NCBI RefSeq assembly: GCF_032444005.1
Contig: NC_091291.1
Coordinates: 109,864,001 to 109,928,000 of the forward strand
DNA length: 64,000 nt
Reading direction: 5' to 3'
Source: Ranitomeya imitator
Lineage: Eukaryota
Under the pieces are notes generated by a model. That model made no database searches and was not told the origin of the DNA. It was given only the letters and a program-made list of their open reading frames with translations. The position numbers and the translations under genes were made by a program. Positions 23,479 through 35,603 of the stretch are shown piece by piece; positions within the stretch are counted from its first letter, which is position 1; each line of letters begins with the position of its first letter.

Positions 23479-24447
23479 CTAGAAAAATGAACATGACATA
23501 AACGTAACCTTTATTTTACAGATCAAGTAAATAGAATTCATAAACAGAATGCGCTATGTGGATCCTTCATCCCGCGTCACCCGCAGCCCTGTTTTCCTAA
23601 ATCCTTTGTCAGAAGGGAGAAATAGTTATCTGATGTATGAGATGGATGTACTGAGACAATGATCAGAAGGTTATGGGAGTGCTCTTTAGGGTGCAGTCAT
23701 AAATCGGACCGATATCGGAACACCATGCTCGGACTGGCCAGTGACTCTCCAGATCCAAGCGTAACAGCTGCATAGAGCTATGTCAAGATGTCACATTCGG
23801 GTCAGGAGGGCCACCGGCCGGTCCGAGCATTGTGTTCCGATAGTGATCTCATTTATAAGGCAGTTTGACTGCGCTCTTACAGGGTTCACTTATTACCCTA
23901 CTCTCAACCATGGGCTTTTCTCGTGTTAGCTGATTTGTTTTTTGTTTTTTTTTAAACTGTGTTTCACTTTTGTGATATTGATGTCCATTAATAGGATAGA
24001 TCATCAATATCAGATTAATAGGGGTCCTGCACTTCAACGATCAGCAGTTCTTTGCTGCGGCCTGACGCAAGCTGTTGTGGGCCCGAACCACACATCTCAG
24101 TCAATTGTTTAGTGGCCACTGCAGATCAGCTCCTATGAATTTTACTTATTTTTTTAAATTTGTTTTTATTTTTATTAGTCTTCTTGGGAGATTTGAACCT
24201 GCTTGCACAACTCACTGCAGGATGTCTATGTTGTAGTGAGCTGCAATAAATCCTTCTCAGGGGTACTAACGTGGCCTTCTGTAGACCTTCTGACTGCAAT
24301 GAAAAAGCCATTGGCACTTTGCAATCACATCGTGACATAAGTGACCTCTGACGCGCCGCCGTATCCAAGCACTTAAATGACGGCACAACTGGGAACTAAG
24401 GTGTTAAGGTGTGCCGTACATTTCATGCGTACATCTGCCATACATAC

Positions 24448-25198
24448 TGTTATGATCTGGTGGCCTTGGAGCAGCATGAGACGTACTCTGGAGAAGGTGG
24501 CACCTGTACTGACCGCAAACCCTGAACTTAGCAGCGCAACTAGAAGTAGCTGTGGGGGGTACCTAACGCTCCCTAGACCCCTCGACACAGCCTAAGAATT
24601 AACTACCCCTAAAGACAGAAACAGGAAACCTATCTTGCCTCAGAGAAAATCCCCAAAGGATAGACAGCCCCCCACAAATATTGACTGTGAGAGGAGAGGA
24701 AAATAACATATGCAGACATGAAATCAGGATTTAGCATAGGAGGCCATACTAGCTAAAAAGAAAGGATAGAACAGTACTATGCGGTCAGTATTAAAACACT
24801 AGAAAATATCCACCACAGAAAATACAAATCACCACATCTGACTAAAGACATGGAGGGTATATCTGCATCTCCAGAGACACAGCTAGGCTGCAAAAAATCC
24901 TTCACAGACAAAGCTGGACAAGACGAAACATGGTAATGCACAGAACTATAAGGTCCACAGCAGGTGGACAGCAAAAACAAAGCCAGGAATTATCTTTGAA
25001 GAAAAGCACAGCGAACAGGAGAGACCAGAAGGGATGTGAATCCTCCAAAAACAGTGGACAACTGGCACTAACTAAAGGATCAAGCAGGACTAAATAGCTG
25101 AGTCCAAATTGAACACACCTGATAAATGCTGCGATCCACAGACAGCAGCACTACCACTCATAACCACCGGAGGGAGCCCAAGAGCAGAATTCACAACA
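24448..25198. mobile_element. Solo LTR (751 bp), 6-bp TSD
   Basis: TGTTATGATC...TTCACAACA termini, ACATAC on both sides. Confidence 0.85.
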
Positions 25199-25703
25199 AC
25201 ATACATGGTGGATGCCCCCTCAGGGTTCAAAATCCTAATATCAAGGGGCACCAATAGCTGAAGCAGAGAGAGCTACAGACATAATTTATTACTCCCGATG
25301 ACCAAGCACATTTCTGCTACTATCAGATGCTCATTAAGCTGCAGGCGATCCTCCATAGTCCACCATTGTAGGGCTCATTTACGTCCACCTGTGTGTTGAT
25401 TATCTGGTAGAGATCCCCTCTCTGTGCACTGACTCCCTCTAATGAGCTTGTGGTGGGCTTGTTAAAATACACAGCAGCCGATCAGAAGAGACAACATTTC
25501 ATTGGGAAGGGAGAGAAACGCAACCAGAGCCAAAGCTAAGACAAGAGCTGTGTCTCAGACCACCATAGACTTCCTGTAGACACGGGATTTATGTCGTAGT
25601 CACGGATCTCTCGTGTCTAAGCTAAAAAGCAGCAAAAGCCAAAAGACATAAATAGCAGGTAAATATTATAACTGGACATCTGCTTTAACAGCGCATATCT
25701 TAC

Positions 25704-25832
25704 CAATATTCCAGACCATATGGGGGCACCACTATAGACTAGAAATCCAACATAATTAAAAGTATTGGTAATGGCTATGGTCATAACAATGTCAAAGGAT
25801 ATAAGGACGATTCCAGCAAATAACTGTGTTGT
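25704..25832 (-). CDS. MS4A: MS4A gene B, TM1-TM2 exon (TTQLFAGIVLISFDIVMTIAITNTFNYVGFLVYSGAPIWSGIL)
   Basis: 129 nt, ttttcag|ACA ... TTG|gtaaga; missed by the ORF track. Confidence 0.92.
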
Positions 25833-26924
25833 CTGAAAAATAAGAGAAATATCACGTTAATAGTATAAGAATAGGAGACACTTAAGTGAAGGGTTGTTTC
25901 AGATGTCCGGGATAATCGGTCCGATGTCGGATCATAATGCACGGGCTGGCCACACGTCTCCTGACCCGAGCTTGATGGCTTCATATATTACTGGGACGCG
26001 GTCACACTTGGGTCAGGACATGTACGACCAGCCTGTCCATTACGATCCAACATCTGACCGAATTATCACAGACATCTGAAACAGCCCTAAATGAGTACAT
26101 CCCAACCGATTTGTCAGCAAACCTTTAGTTTCCTTTCAGGATAAGTATTTTATCTGGGATACCTTACTACATAATAGTCCCACAAATTTGGGTCAATGGT
26201 TGCAAACAAGATTTGTTAACATGCGCATCCAAAAAAGATAGTTTTCCTGACAAGTTCATATAAGACCATGTTGTAACGAGTCACGCCAATGAAAAGTCTT
26301 AGGAGTAAAGCTAAAGTTTAGACTACAAAATTCTAATTATATAATCCCACAAATAAAAACTGGAGAAATAAAGATCCAATGAATAAAAAAAAATGGCAAA
26401 TTTTATTGTAAAGGCTACTAAAAGTACAAAATAATTTAAACTAGAATAAATTAGTGTGCGCCTGCGCACCTCCACCGGCGGCACACATCTCAGAATAGGG
26501 AGCTTTCCTGGAGCTACAAAGCAGCACAGTTCTAGGGGAGTACCCTCCGACTTTCTGTGATGTGCTGGTGACGGCGCCTATGCAATGATGTCATCGCGTA
26601 CATATTTATTGGGTGGGAAAAGTTATATTTATATAAAGTTTATATTTAGTGGGGGCACAGTGGTGGATTACAATTTATATTTGGAATGGTGAGTTGCATA
26701 ATAACTAATTATATATTAATGGAGGGTGCACCTCTGCATTCAGCTTTGTAGTGTAGAAGTTAGGAGAAAAGTGGGGAATGTGCTCTGGAAGCGGGGCTCT
26801 AGATAACTATGTGATATTTTATGCAGAAATGAGTCCTGGCTGGACGAAGTGATGGCAGTCTGCACTGGATGAAGAAGAAAAGTGAAGATGAAGGATTTCA
26901 GCTAGAGACATCACTGGTGAGTCA

Positions 26925-27669
26925 GTGTATTACTTGCCCACTGACACTATACACTGTCTACTATGCAAAGAGCTCCCGTGTATAATGACACTGCTGATCC
27001 CTATATTACCTGTACACTATATACAGAGCTCCTGTGTATAATGTCACTTGTTGGTCACTATTACCTGTACACTGACACCATATACAGAGATCATGTTTAT
27101 AATGTCACTGATGATCCCTGTATTACCTGTACACTGACACTATATACAGAACTCCTATGTATAATGTCACTGGTAATCACTGTGTTACCTGTTAATTGAG
27201 AGTCTGCACTGGATGAAGAAGAAAAGTGAAGATGAAGGACTTCAGCTAGAGATGTCACCGGTGAGTCAGTGTATTAGGCCGGGGTCACACTTGCATCTGC
27301 AATGCGAGAAACTTGAGTCTCTCACATCAATTCCCGGCACTGCCGCCGTCACTCAGGAGTGGCGTGTTCAGCTGCATAGAAATACATGCAGCCACACACT
27401 CTGGTCCCGAGTGACGGCAGCAGTGCCGGGTATTGAGGCGCGTTTCTCACATTGCAGTTGCAAGTGTGAACCCGGCCTTACTTGTCCACTGACACTATAC
27501 AGTGTCTACTACACACAGAGCTGAGCTCCTGTGTATAATGACACTGCTGATCCCTGTATTACCTGTACACTATATACAGAGCTCCTGTGTATAATGTCAC
27601 TTGTTGGTCACTATTACCTGTACAGTGACACCATATTCAGAGCTCCTGTGTTAGGGTTGGCGGAACGTA

Positions 27670-27718
<49 letters not shown>

Positions 27719-29545
27719 GGTGCGTTCGCAACCCGGGGTCCACCGTGCAGGAGAGAAACCTGCTGCTTGTAATAGGCGGTACTATATGGTGGTATTAGCT
27801 GTTACTTCACAGATTCGCTAGAATAACAAGATGCTGTGCCCTGTTAACCTCAGAGAGGAACACAGCTACCAAACAGAGCAAAACTGTGGTCATGCAGTCA
27901 GAATAGGAGACAAACAACTCCTCACCGGAGGTGCCGGTATTCTAGGGGCTTATTTCAGCCAAGGCCCTGAATCCAAACATAAAAACTCCTCACCGGAGGT
28001 GCCAGTATTCTAGGGGCTTATTTCAGCCAAACCCTGACCACATACAAGCATGACCACACTGGCACTGAGCTCTTTAACATTGGTTTGATACTAGCGCATG
28101 GCCGTGCGGCCATGCGGACCTTTTATGGCTTTAGCACTCAAGGACCTTCCTAGTGGTCCAACAGGAACCGCTTCAGGACCTGCACATGTGACCCCCAACC
28201 TCCAATGGGAAGTCGTCCCATGGGCATGGTCAGTATGGGAAAAGCGGGACTTAGTCCCAGAAAGACCTGCTCGCTGCTGAACATTGCTGGCTACAATGAC
28301 AGAGCCTGGAAGGGCAATAGTAACCAGTCGTCCAGTATCAGCCTGAGCCAGACACTTGGACCAACGTGTCCGCTGAGCAGGCTCCACTGCGGCTGGAGGA
28401 GAATGGGAGACCGCAGCAGACATGGTTCGAGATTCCCCCTGTGCAGCGGTGGGAACTCAATACCTAACATTGCCCCCCCTCGGACCTCGCTACGCTCGAA
28501 GACAGCAATATGCTGTGGAGCCCGAATGGGCTCAGCAGGCTCCCAGGACCTATCCTCTGGGCCATAACCCTTCCAGTCCACCAAATAAATTTTTTTGCCA
28601 CTTACCACCTTGCACCCCAAAATAGCGTTCATCTCGTAATCGTCCGTAGACAAAACCGATGTCCTGGCAGATGACTCGGAAAATCGGGATATGTATAGGG
28701 GCTTTAAGAGGGACACATGAAAGTTGTCGGTGATACCTAGGCTTGGAGGAAGGGCCAGACAGTAGACCACAGGGTTAACCTGTTCGAGGACCTTGAAGGG
28801 ACCCAAGTAGCAAGGTGCAAACTTAGTGGACTCAACTCGCAGCCTGATGTTACGGGCAGAGAGCCACAAAAAGTCGCCAGGAGCAAAGGTTGGAGCAGGA
28901 CGCTGATGTGCATGCTCTGTATGGGAAAAGCGGGACTTAGTCCCAGAAAGACCTGCTCGCTGCTGAACATTGCTGGCTACAATGACAGAGCCTGGAAGGG
29001 CAGCAGTAACCAGTCGTCCAGTATCAGCCTGAGCCAGATGCTGTGACCGACGTGTCCGCTGAGCAGGCTCCACTGCGGCTGGAGGAGAATGGGAGACCGC
29101 AGCAGACATGGTTTAAGATTCCCCCTGTGCAGCGGTGGGAACTCGACACCTAACATCCTGTATATAATGTCACCGGTGATCCCTGTATTACATGTACAGT
29201 GACACTATGTACAAAACCCTTGTGAATAACGTCACTAGTGAGTCACTGTATGACCTGTACACTATATACTGAGCACCTGTGTATAATGTCACTGGTGATC
29301 CCTGTATTACCTGTACACTGACACTATATATATAGAACTCTTATGTATAATGTCACTGGTAATCACTGTGTTACCTGTACACTGACATTATATACAGAGC
29401 TCCTGTGCATAATGTCACTGATCACTGTATTACCTGTAGACTGTACACTATATACAGAGCTCCTGTGTATAATGTCACTAGTGATCCCTGTATTACCTGT
29501 ACACTGACACTATATACAGAGCTCCCGTGTAGAATGTCACTGGTG
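26925..29545. repeat. ~60-bp tandem repeat array (TGTATAATGTCACTGGTGATCCCTGTATTACCTGTACACTGACACTATATACAGAGCTCC) inside a DNA-transposon-like element
   Basis: Repeated units at 26925-27648 and 29156-29545, split by the LTR element at 27649-29155 and a MITE at 27277-27477 (TTA TSD). Confidence 0.75.
27649..29155 (-). mobile_element. Internally deleted chromovirus (Gypsy) element: partial 5' LTR + integrase C-terminus/chromodomain + PPT + full 3' LTR
   Basis: TCCTG 5-bp TSD; TGTTAGG/CCTAACA termini; LTR 27649-28469 followed on + by TTGCCCCCCCT (PPT on -); translation includes YLGPFKV...FHVSLLKP and YLVDWKGYGPEDRSWEP. Confidence 0.88.
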
Positions 29546-30129
29546 ATCCTTGTAGTATTGGGTCACTTTGTGGTGGTAACATATGGTCTGATGATCGTGT
29601 GCCGGTATTTGTTCCTTGCATGAGGTCACTATAGGGTGGTAATATGTGGTATGGTCATGGTGTAGTGTTTTTTGTCCCTTATATATGGTATTATTTGGTC
29701 ACTATGTAATGGTAATATGTGGTCTAGTCATGGTGTGATGGTATTTGTCCCTTGTATGTGGTATTATTGGTCATTTAAAAAAAAAAATATATATATATGT
29801 AACACATTCCCTTAAAGAAAACTAAAATAAACCTAAAAATAGTAATGTATATTTTAAGAAATGTTTAATAGGTTAGAGTAGAGTAGGGCTCAGCCAAAAA
29901 GTCTACCTTGTCGTGGTGGCAGACTTAAAAAATCGTTTGGCTAAAACAAAGGTTGATGGCCATGTGTGTGATATGGTGTTCAATGGGAACTATTAAAGTG
30001 TGACTGGTGAGGACATGATGCTTTTCAGAGATTGGGTGCTGGGACTGTCGAAGGTTTGAGGGGTGGATGCCCCAAATGATCTGAGGAGCACATTGCTTAG
30101 TTGATATAGAAAGACATAAATTTAATAAT

Positions 30130-31290
30130 AAGTTTCCATTCAAAACACATTAAAAAACTGTATTGCCTACAGCCAAGCAAACAGATACAACAGGATATGT
30201 TCCAACCCAATGGACAGAGACAAACACCTTGGTGGTCTCAAAAAAAACTATTTTGAACCAGTGTTACATCCAAGAACAATTAAAAACCAGATTGCAAGTT
30301 CCACCAGAATATCAAGAAATCATTTTCCACATTGCAAAGCTAAACAGGAAAGCAACTGGGTGCCTCTAGTAGTCACCTACAATCCAAATCTGGAGGTGCT
30401 AAGGGGAGCTATACGGAAACTACCAACCTTCATTACCAAAAGATGCCCGACTACAATCCATATTTCCAGACCCCCCACTTCTGTGTTTTAGGCAGCCCCC
30501 AAATCTAAGAAGCATCATTGTCAGGAGCTCCCTGTCCTCTCCAACAGCTGCAGGAACCTTTCCCTGCAACCAGAAAAAATGTAAAACCTGTCCATTTATA
30601 ATGACCACAGACAAGGTAAAGATCCCCAACTCACATCAAGACTACAAGATCCCAGGTGCTTTCAGCCACATCACATCTAATGTGGTGTACCTAATTATAT
30701 AAGCTTAAAACAAGAATGAATTCTCATCACCTAACAGTAAAAGAAAAAAGAATGGATCTACCTGTGGCCAAACATTTTTGCATGCCTGATCACAGCATCA
30801 TGGACATGAAATTACTTGTATTAAAAGGTAGCTTCAAATCTCAGAGAGACAGAAAAATTTGTGAGTGTAAACTTATGATAACCTTTCGCATACTCAGTGC
30901 AGGAATGAATGTGCTCCTCAGACCTTGTGGGGGCATCACAATACAGAACCAGACCCCAATCACAGGACAATAAAACTTTCACACTCCTCATCTATGAACT
31001 GTTCCAATATTTATGGCCACAACTGTTTTCTCCTTGTCCCATATTGATAGTTCTGCTTCACGTCACCTGTCTTATCTATTGCATTATTACTGTGTCCTGT
31101 TGTGTATAAATATGTGACTCCTCAGATTTTGTATTAGTCTATGCCCGATGAAGAGACCTGAGTAGTCTCGAAAGCTTGCAATTTGTTACCATCTTTTCAG
31201 TTAGCCATTAAAAAGGTATCAACCACTGAGGACTCTAAAATTGTAACATTTTCTATTCACTGGCTAACACGGTACAAAGATATATACAGT
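30130..31290 (+). mobile_element. Penelope-like element 3' part (RT C-terminus/GIY-YIG endonuclease, frameshifted) with pLTR
   Basis: PLVVTYNPNL, RQPPNL, CNQKKCKTCP, SNVVYLI, PVAKHF motifs; hammerhead-like CCGATGA-A-GAGAC-ctgagta-GTCTC-GAAA at 31145-31173. Confidence 0.85.
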
Positions 31291-31557
31291 ATTTTTCCAG
31301 TATGTAAATATATACATTTTCTCAATGTCTTTTCAACACTCAGCTTCAGAAGGGAAAATGAACTCTTTTGGGTTAGATTGGTTCATTATTGTCGTTTTAT
31401 ACCCCTTCCCTTCATTCAATATCCTTTCCCGACACTTGGTTACACTTGATGGATATGTGTATTTTCCCCCCAACCTTACTGCAAAATATTCTCCTACAGG
31501 TGAACTAGATATCCCCTGAGCAGCTCATCTCTACTGACTTATATGACATAGACGTAC

Positions 31558-31722
31558 CCCCAGAACTTCGGGTTCTCCACGATAAAACGCAAGAACTGTT
31601 TTGGGCATGTTGGTGGAAGCATCGCAGGACTCTCCTTCTTCAGGTCCATTTCCTGGATCATATTGTGGTCTCACTTGGGAGATAACCACGACTCCTCCCG
31701 CATCTGGTACCACTGTAGACAT
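31558..31722 (-). CDS. MS4A: MS4A gene B, first coding exon (MSTVVPDAGG...FYRGEPEVLG)
   Basis: Acceptor aatag|TCATG at 31724, donor GGG|gtacgt; 55 codons; 41/55 aa identical to gene C. Confidence 0.92.
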
Positions 31723-33073
31723 GACTATTAAAAAGACAACAACAAACAACAGATAAATTACAGTGAATGTATTAACAGTCACATACATGTAAATATTTCT
31801 AATATTTTGCTTAGAAAGTTTTTTGTTGAGCTTTTCTAACTTAAGGAGTAAAATGATCAACTTCAAAAAAAACATAGCAAAGGTGCAAAATAACTGATGT
31901 AAGAAATATGAACCAGAGATGGAAAGAATGCAATTTTTTATTGTATTTTTTTGTATACAGGCATTTTGATAGCTTAGCTTTGATAAAACTTTTTTTTTAT
32001 AAAACTCATACTAAAAGTCATTTGCAGATTACATGTGCTTCTAGTGCTTATCCATGCAAACGTTTGTTTTTCATGAACAGATGATTTCCATTAGCTTATT
32101 CAGATCTATGGGGAAAATATGCAAATAAAACTGTAACAGAAACTGACACATTGCAGATTTAAAAAATGCATTAACAGGTAAAATTAAAGTAAGTGTGGAC
32201 TGGGTCAAGTTATTTGACCAAATCAGTTTAGGAAAACCTGTATCGGGCTTTTATTTTTGGAGAGATCTGTAGGATGGCAATGGGACTAATCTCTCCCTCC
32301 ACTCTGGGTCCGACAGGTGGCCCATGACCACGGTTCTCATTTAAACCTGCAGTTAATGTTTCGGTGGGTCAGCTAGTGTTTGCGATTTCACATCTGAAGG
32401 TGCTCTGGATGTATGCCTGGCAGTGTGGCGTTAACACAGACCAGAGCATCGTGGGCAGACACGTTGGTACCTGAGAACCTTACTGAGGTTGCAAGTGCCA
32501 GCAACACTGGACTTTATTCACGTGTTCCCGGCTGCGATCCGGAGGTGAGCAATTTCCATGTGTGCAGTGTTTGGACAATAAAGACCATGTTATTCATGTC
32601 TTTATCTCGCTAAATTCGCGGGGGGAAACGCTGCTGCCTTACATTATCTATATCTATCTGCACAAAAATCTGTCATTTCTATTCCGGTACGTGTTATATG
32701 GACGGCATACAAGATGGTACACACAGCACACGGATGTAGCAAGGATGGTACACATGGACGGCCAACAGAAGACCCACACATAGTAAAAACGGATCTTCTT
32801 GAGTGTACGTTGTTTTTAAGGGGACGTGTGAAGTGGGCCTTGGTTTTACGTTTTTCTCTATTTCCAAGATCCCTTTTTGCTGTCAGTGGATGATAACATC
32901 CCCGTGTACAGACCATATAGAGCTGAGCCGTGGTTACAATGTGTCAGTTTAGTGATCTGATCACACAAGGAGCATTGATTCTCTCCTCTCCTGACAGTAA
33001 AGTATCACACTATGTATCAGTCTGAGGTTCAGACGCTGTAGATCATTAGTAACCGAGTTGAGATCAGACTTAC

Positions 33074-33195
33074 CCTGAGATTTCCTTCCCGTTAGTTCAG
33101 AACAGAAAGTATGGAAGAGCTTTCTACAGAAATGGCTCAGCAATCACGTGACTCCCTGCAGGGAGGAGGAACTCTGTTTTTGAGTTTCTGGGAAA
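33074..33195 (-). promoter_or_regulatory. Putative non-coding exon 1 and promoter of MS4A gene B
   Basis: Donor CAGG|GTAAGT at 33074/33073 inside a ~300-bp block (32880-33180) conserved with 61590-61880; E-box CACGTG 33145-33150, GAGGAACT 33166-33173, TTCTGGGAA 33186-33194; upstream boundary uncertain. Confidence 0.65.
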
Positions 33196-34089
33196 TGAGC
33201 CAGTTCAGTTTTTTTTTTTTTTTACTAGTGAACATTGAGAAATATTGTCCCTTTTGTTCTGCATGTTCTTTTAGTTTTTTTTTTTTTGTTCAATCAACAT
33301 TTGGCACAGCCGCCCATGTATACCAGATTTATAGTTTTTCTAAAGAAATTGCGACAACTATAATATTTTTATTTCTTGGCAAACAGAGCCATATGAGGGG
33401 TTGTTTATTTGTGGGACAATCTGATATTTTCAGTGTTACTATTTTGTTTTTTTTGCTTTTTACATATGACTTTTTGATCGCATTCTATTTTGCCAGTATT
33501 ATGAAAAATCAACATTTTTGATGTGTTTATTTTTTATGGAGTTCAGCAGATGGGATAAGTAAAGTGACAGTTTTATAGTTGAGGTCATTCTGGACACGGT
33601 GATGCCCAATATGTTCTGCTTTTGTTTAGTTGATTTTTGTATGTACACCAAAGCTGTGCTCTTAGCAGTAATTTGCATGGATTTGATTTTTGTGTGTGGT
33701 TTATTTTATAAATTTTTCTTAACTTTTTTTAAATGTATTTTTTACTTAATCTCACTATTAGACTTTCCTATTTTTCACTTTGAGGGACTCATGCACTACA
33801 ATAGGTCTCATGTGCAGTAGTACATGCGTATCGGTTTGACACTGGCACTGCCTGTTAGAACCCACTTAGCGCAGGACCTAACAAGCCACTCTGGTGCCCG
33901 TGACAGGGCATCCCCATTTCCTTGCCACTCCCCAGCAGAATGTTCCACTGTGAAACTAAAGTTTTGCAATGACAAAAACATCTGGTGACCTGAGCATTTC
34001 TCATCCAGACAAGGGTTGAATGGGAACTGTCACCCCAGCAACTAATAGGGACTCCAAGGATCACTTAATAGCCAAGTACTCCTTCACCG

Positions 34090-35603
34090 TTATGCTATTT
34101 TCTCTGCCAGGGTAAGTTTCCTACTCAAGTAGGTGACTGGATATTCCTCTCCTTGAACCTTCTGGGACAGAACCGCTCCCAAGCTTATTTCAGAGGCATC
34201 CGTTTGAAGGATGAAACTATTCCTAAAGTTTGGGCTTGTGAGGATGGGCTGTCCGCACAACACCAATTTCATGAACTGGAATGCTTCCTCCTCCTGCGGG
34301 TTCCACAGAGCCATGACTGATTTTTCTTTCCTGTTAAGAGATTGGTCAAAGGTGCCGATCTCCCAGCAAAATAGGTACGGTAATAAATTGTCAGTAATAC
34401 ACAATGATGCCGAGGAATGCTCTTACTTGTCATGATCCAGATCGGGTTTTGAGTCCTGTCTTCCCTGTTCCCGGTCTGATCATGTCAGGGGTTAACTTTT
34501 CTCAGCATCAGTCTGGGTTCAGGTTGGCTATTTATCCCCGCTGTGTCCTGCAGGCGACGTCCGTTATAGTTTTTGTCTAGTGCTACTGTAGCTGACTCTG
34601 ATTGCTCTGATTGATCCTGCTGCATTTGCTGTCTGAACCCGTGTCTCGGTTTTCCTCTGTTCCTGTATTGACTTAGTGTTTCCCTTTAGTGTGCTGACCC
34701 CCCTGGTTTTGACTTGGCTTGTATCCTGACCTGTTTCTGTCCTTTGTCTTTTGGCTTATCTGCTCCTGACCATTATGGACCTCCTGGCTTGTCTCTGACC
34801 GCAAGTTCGCTTATTTTTTTGGTACGGCACTACAGTCTTGAATTTGACCCAGCTTGCTTAACTATTCTGCTGCCACCTGTGGTAGCCTCACTGCTGCACT
34901 GCAGGTCAGCTCTGTTTAGATGCAGACCTGCTTCCTATCTACTGCCATCTAGTGAAGCCTGCACCAACCTGCATCGCAAAAGCATGACATTTGTTTTGTA
35001 GTAAGAGGCTGGTGCCAGTTTTAAATTACCTCTATTTTTGTTTATTTTGGGTCTAATAATCCCTTCGCCAGTCACGTACTCTAAGTAATGTGTTACCTTG
35101 AGACCTATCGCCCATATTTTGGGGTTTGCCGCTCTGAGAGTATCAACTACCGCTTGTACCTGGGACAAGTGGGTACGCTAGTCATTACTATAGATGATAA
35201 TATCATCCAGGTATGCAGATGCATACTTTTGATGGCTCTCCAAAACTATGTCTATCAGCCTCTGAAATGTGGCCGGAGCCCCATGTAACCCAAAAGGAAA
35301 GAAGACTTAGTGACAGAGACCTTCTGGTGTAATGAAGGCGATCTTTCCTTTTGTCAACTCTGTTAGAGAGGCACCTGCCAGTAAACCTTGATCAAGCGTC
35401 GTCAAATAAAGGTCAAATTTTGACACTTCATTCAATTTCTGGAAATCATTAGAAAACCATAATGATCTGTCCGGCTTTGGAATCAGTACAATGGGACTAG
35501 TCCACTCACTCCTGGACTCCTCTATGACTCCTAGCAAGAGAGTTTTTTTCATCTGCTCCATGATGGCTGGCATCCAACCATCCAGCACATGGTACGGTTT
35601 CAT
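34090..35603 (-). mobile_element. Degenerate Gypsy pol (RT/RNase H), interrupted by an LTR-like insert at ~34428-34975
   Basis: IEESRSEWTSPIVLIPKPD, TAFITPEG-like KIAFITPEGL, FILQTDASEISLGAVLSQ, PVTYLSRKL. Confidence 0.85.
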
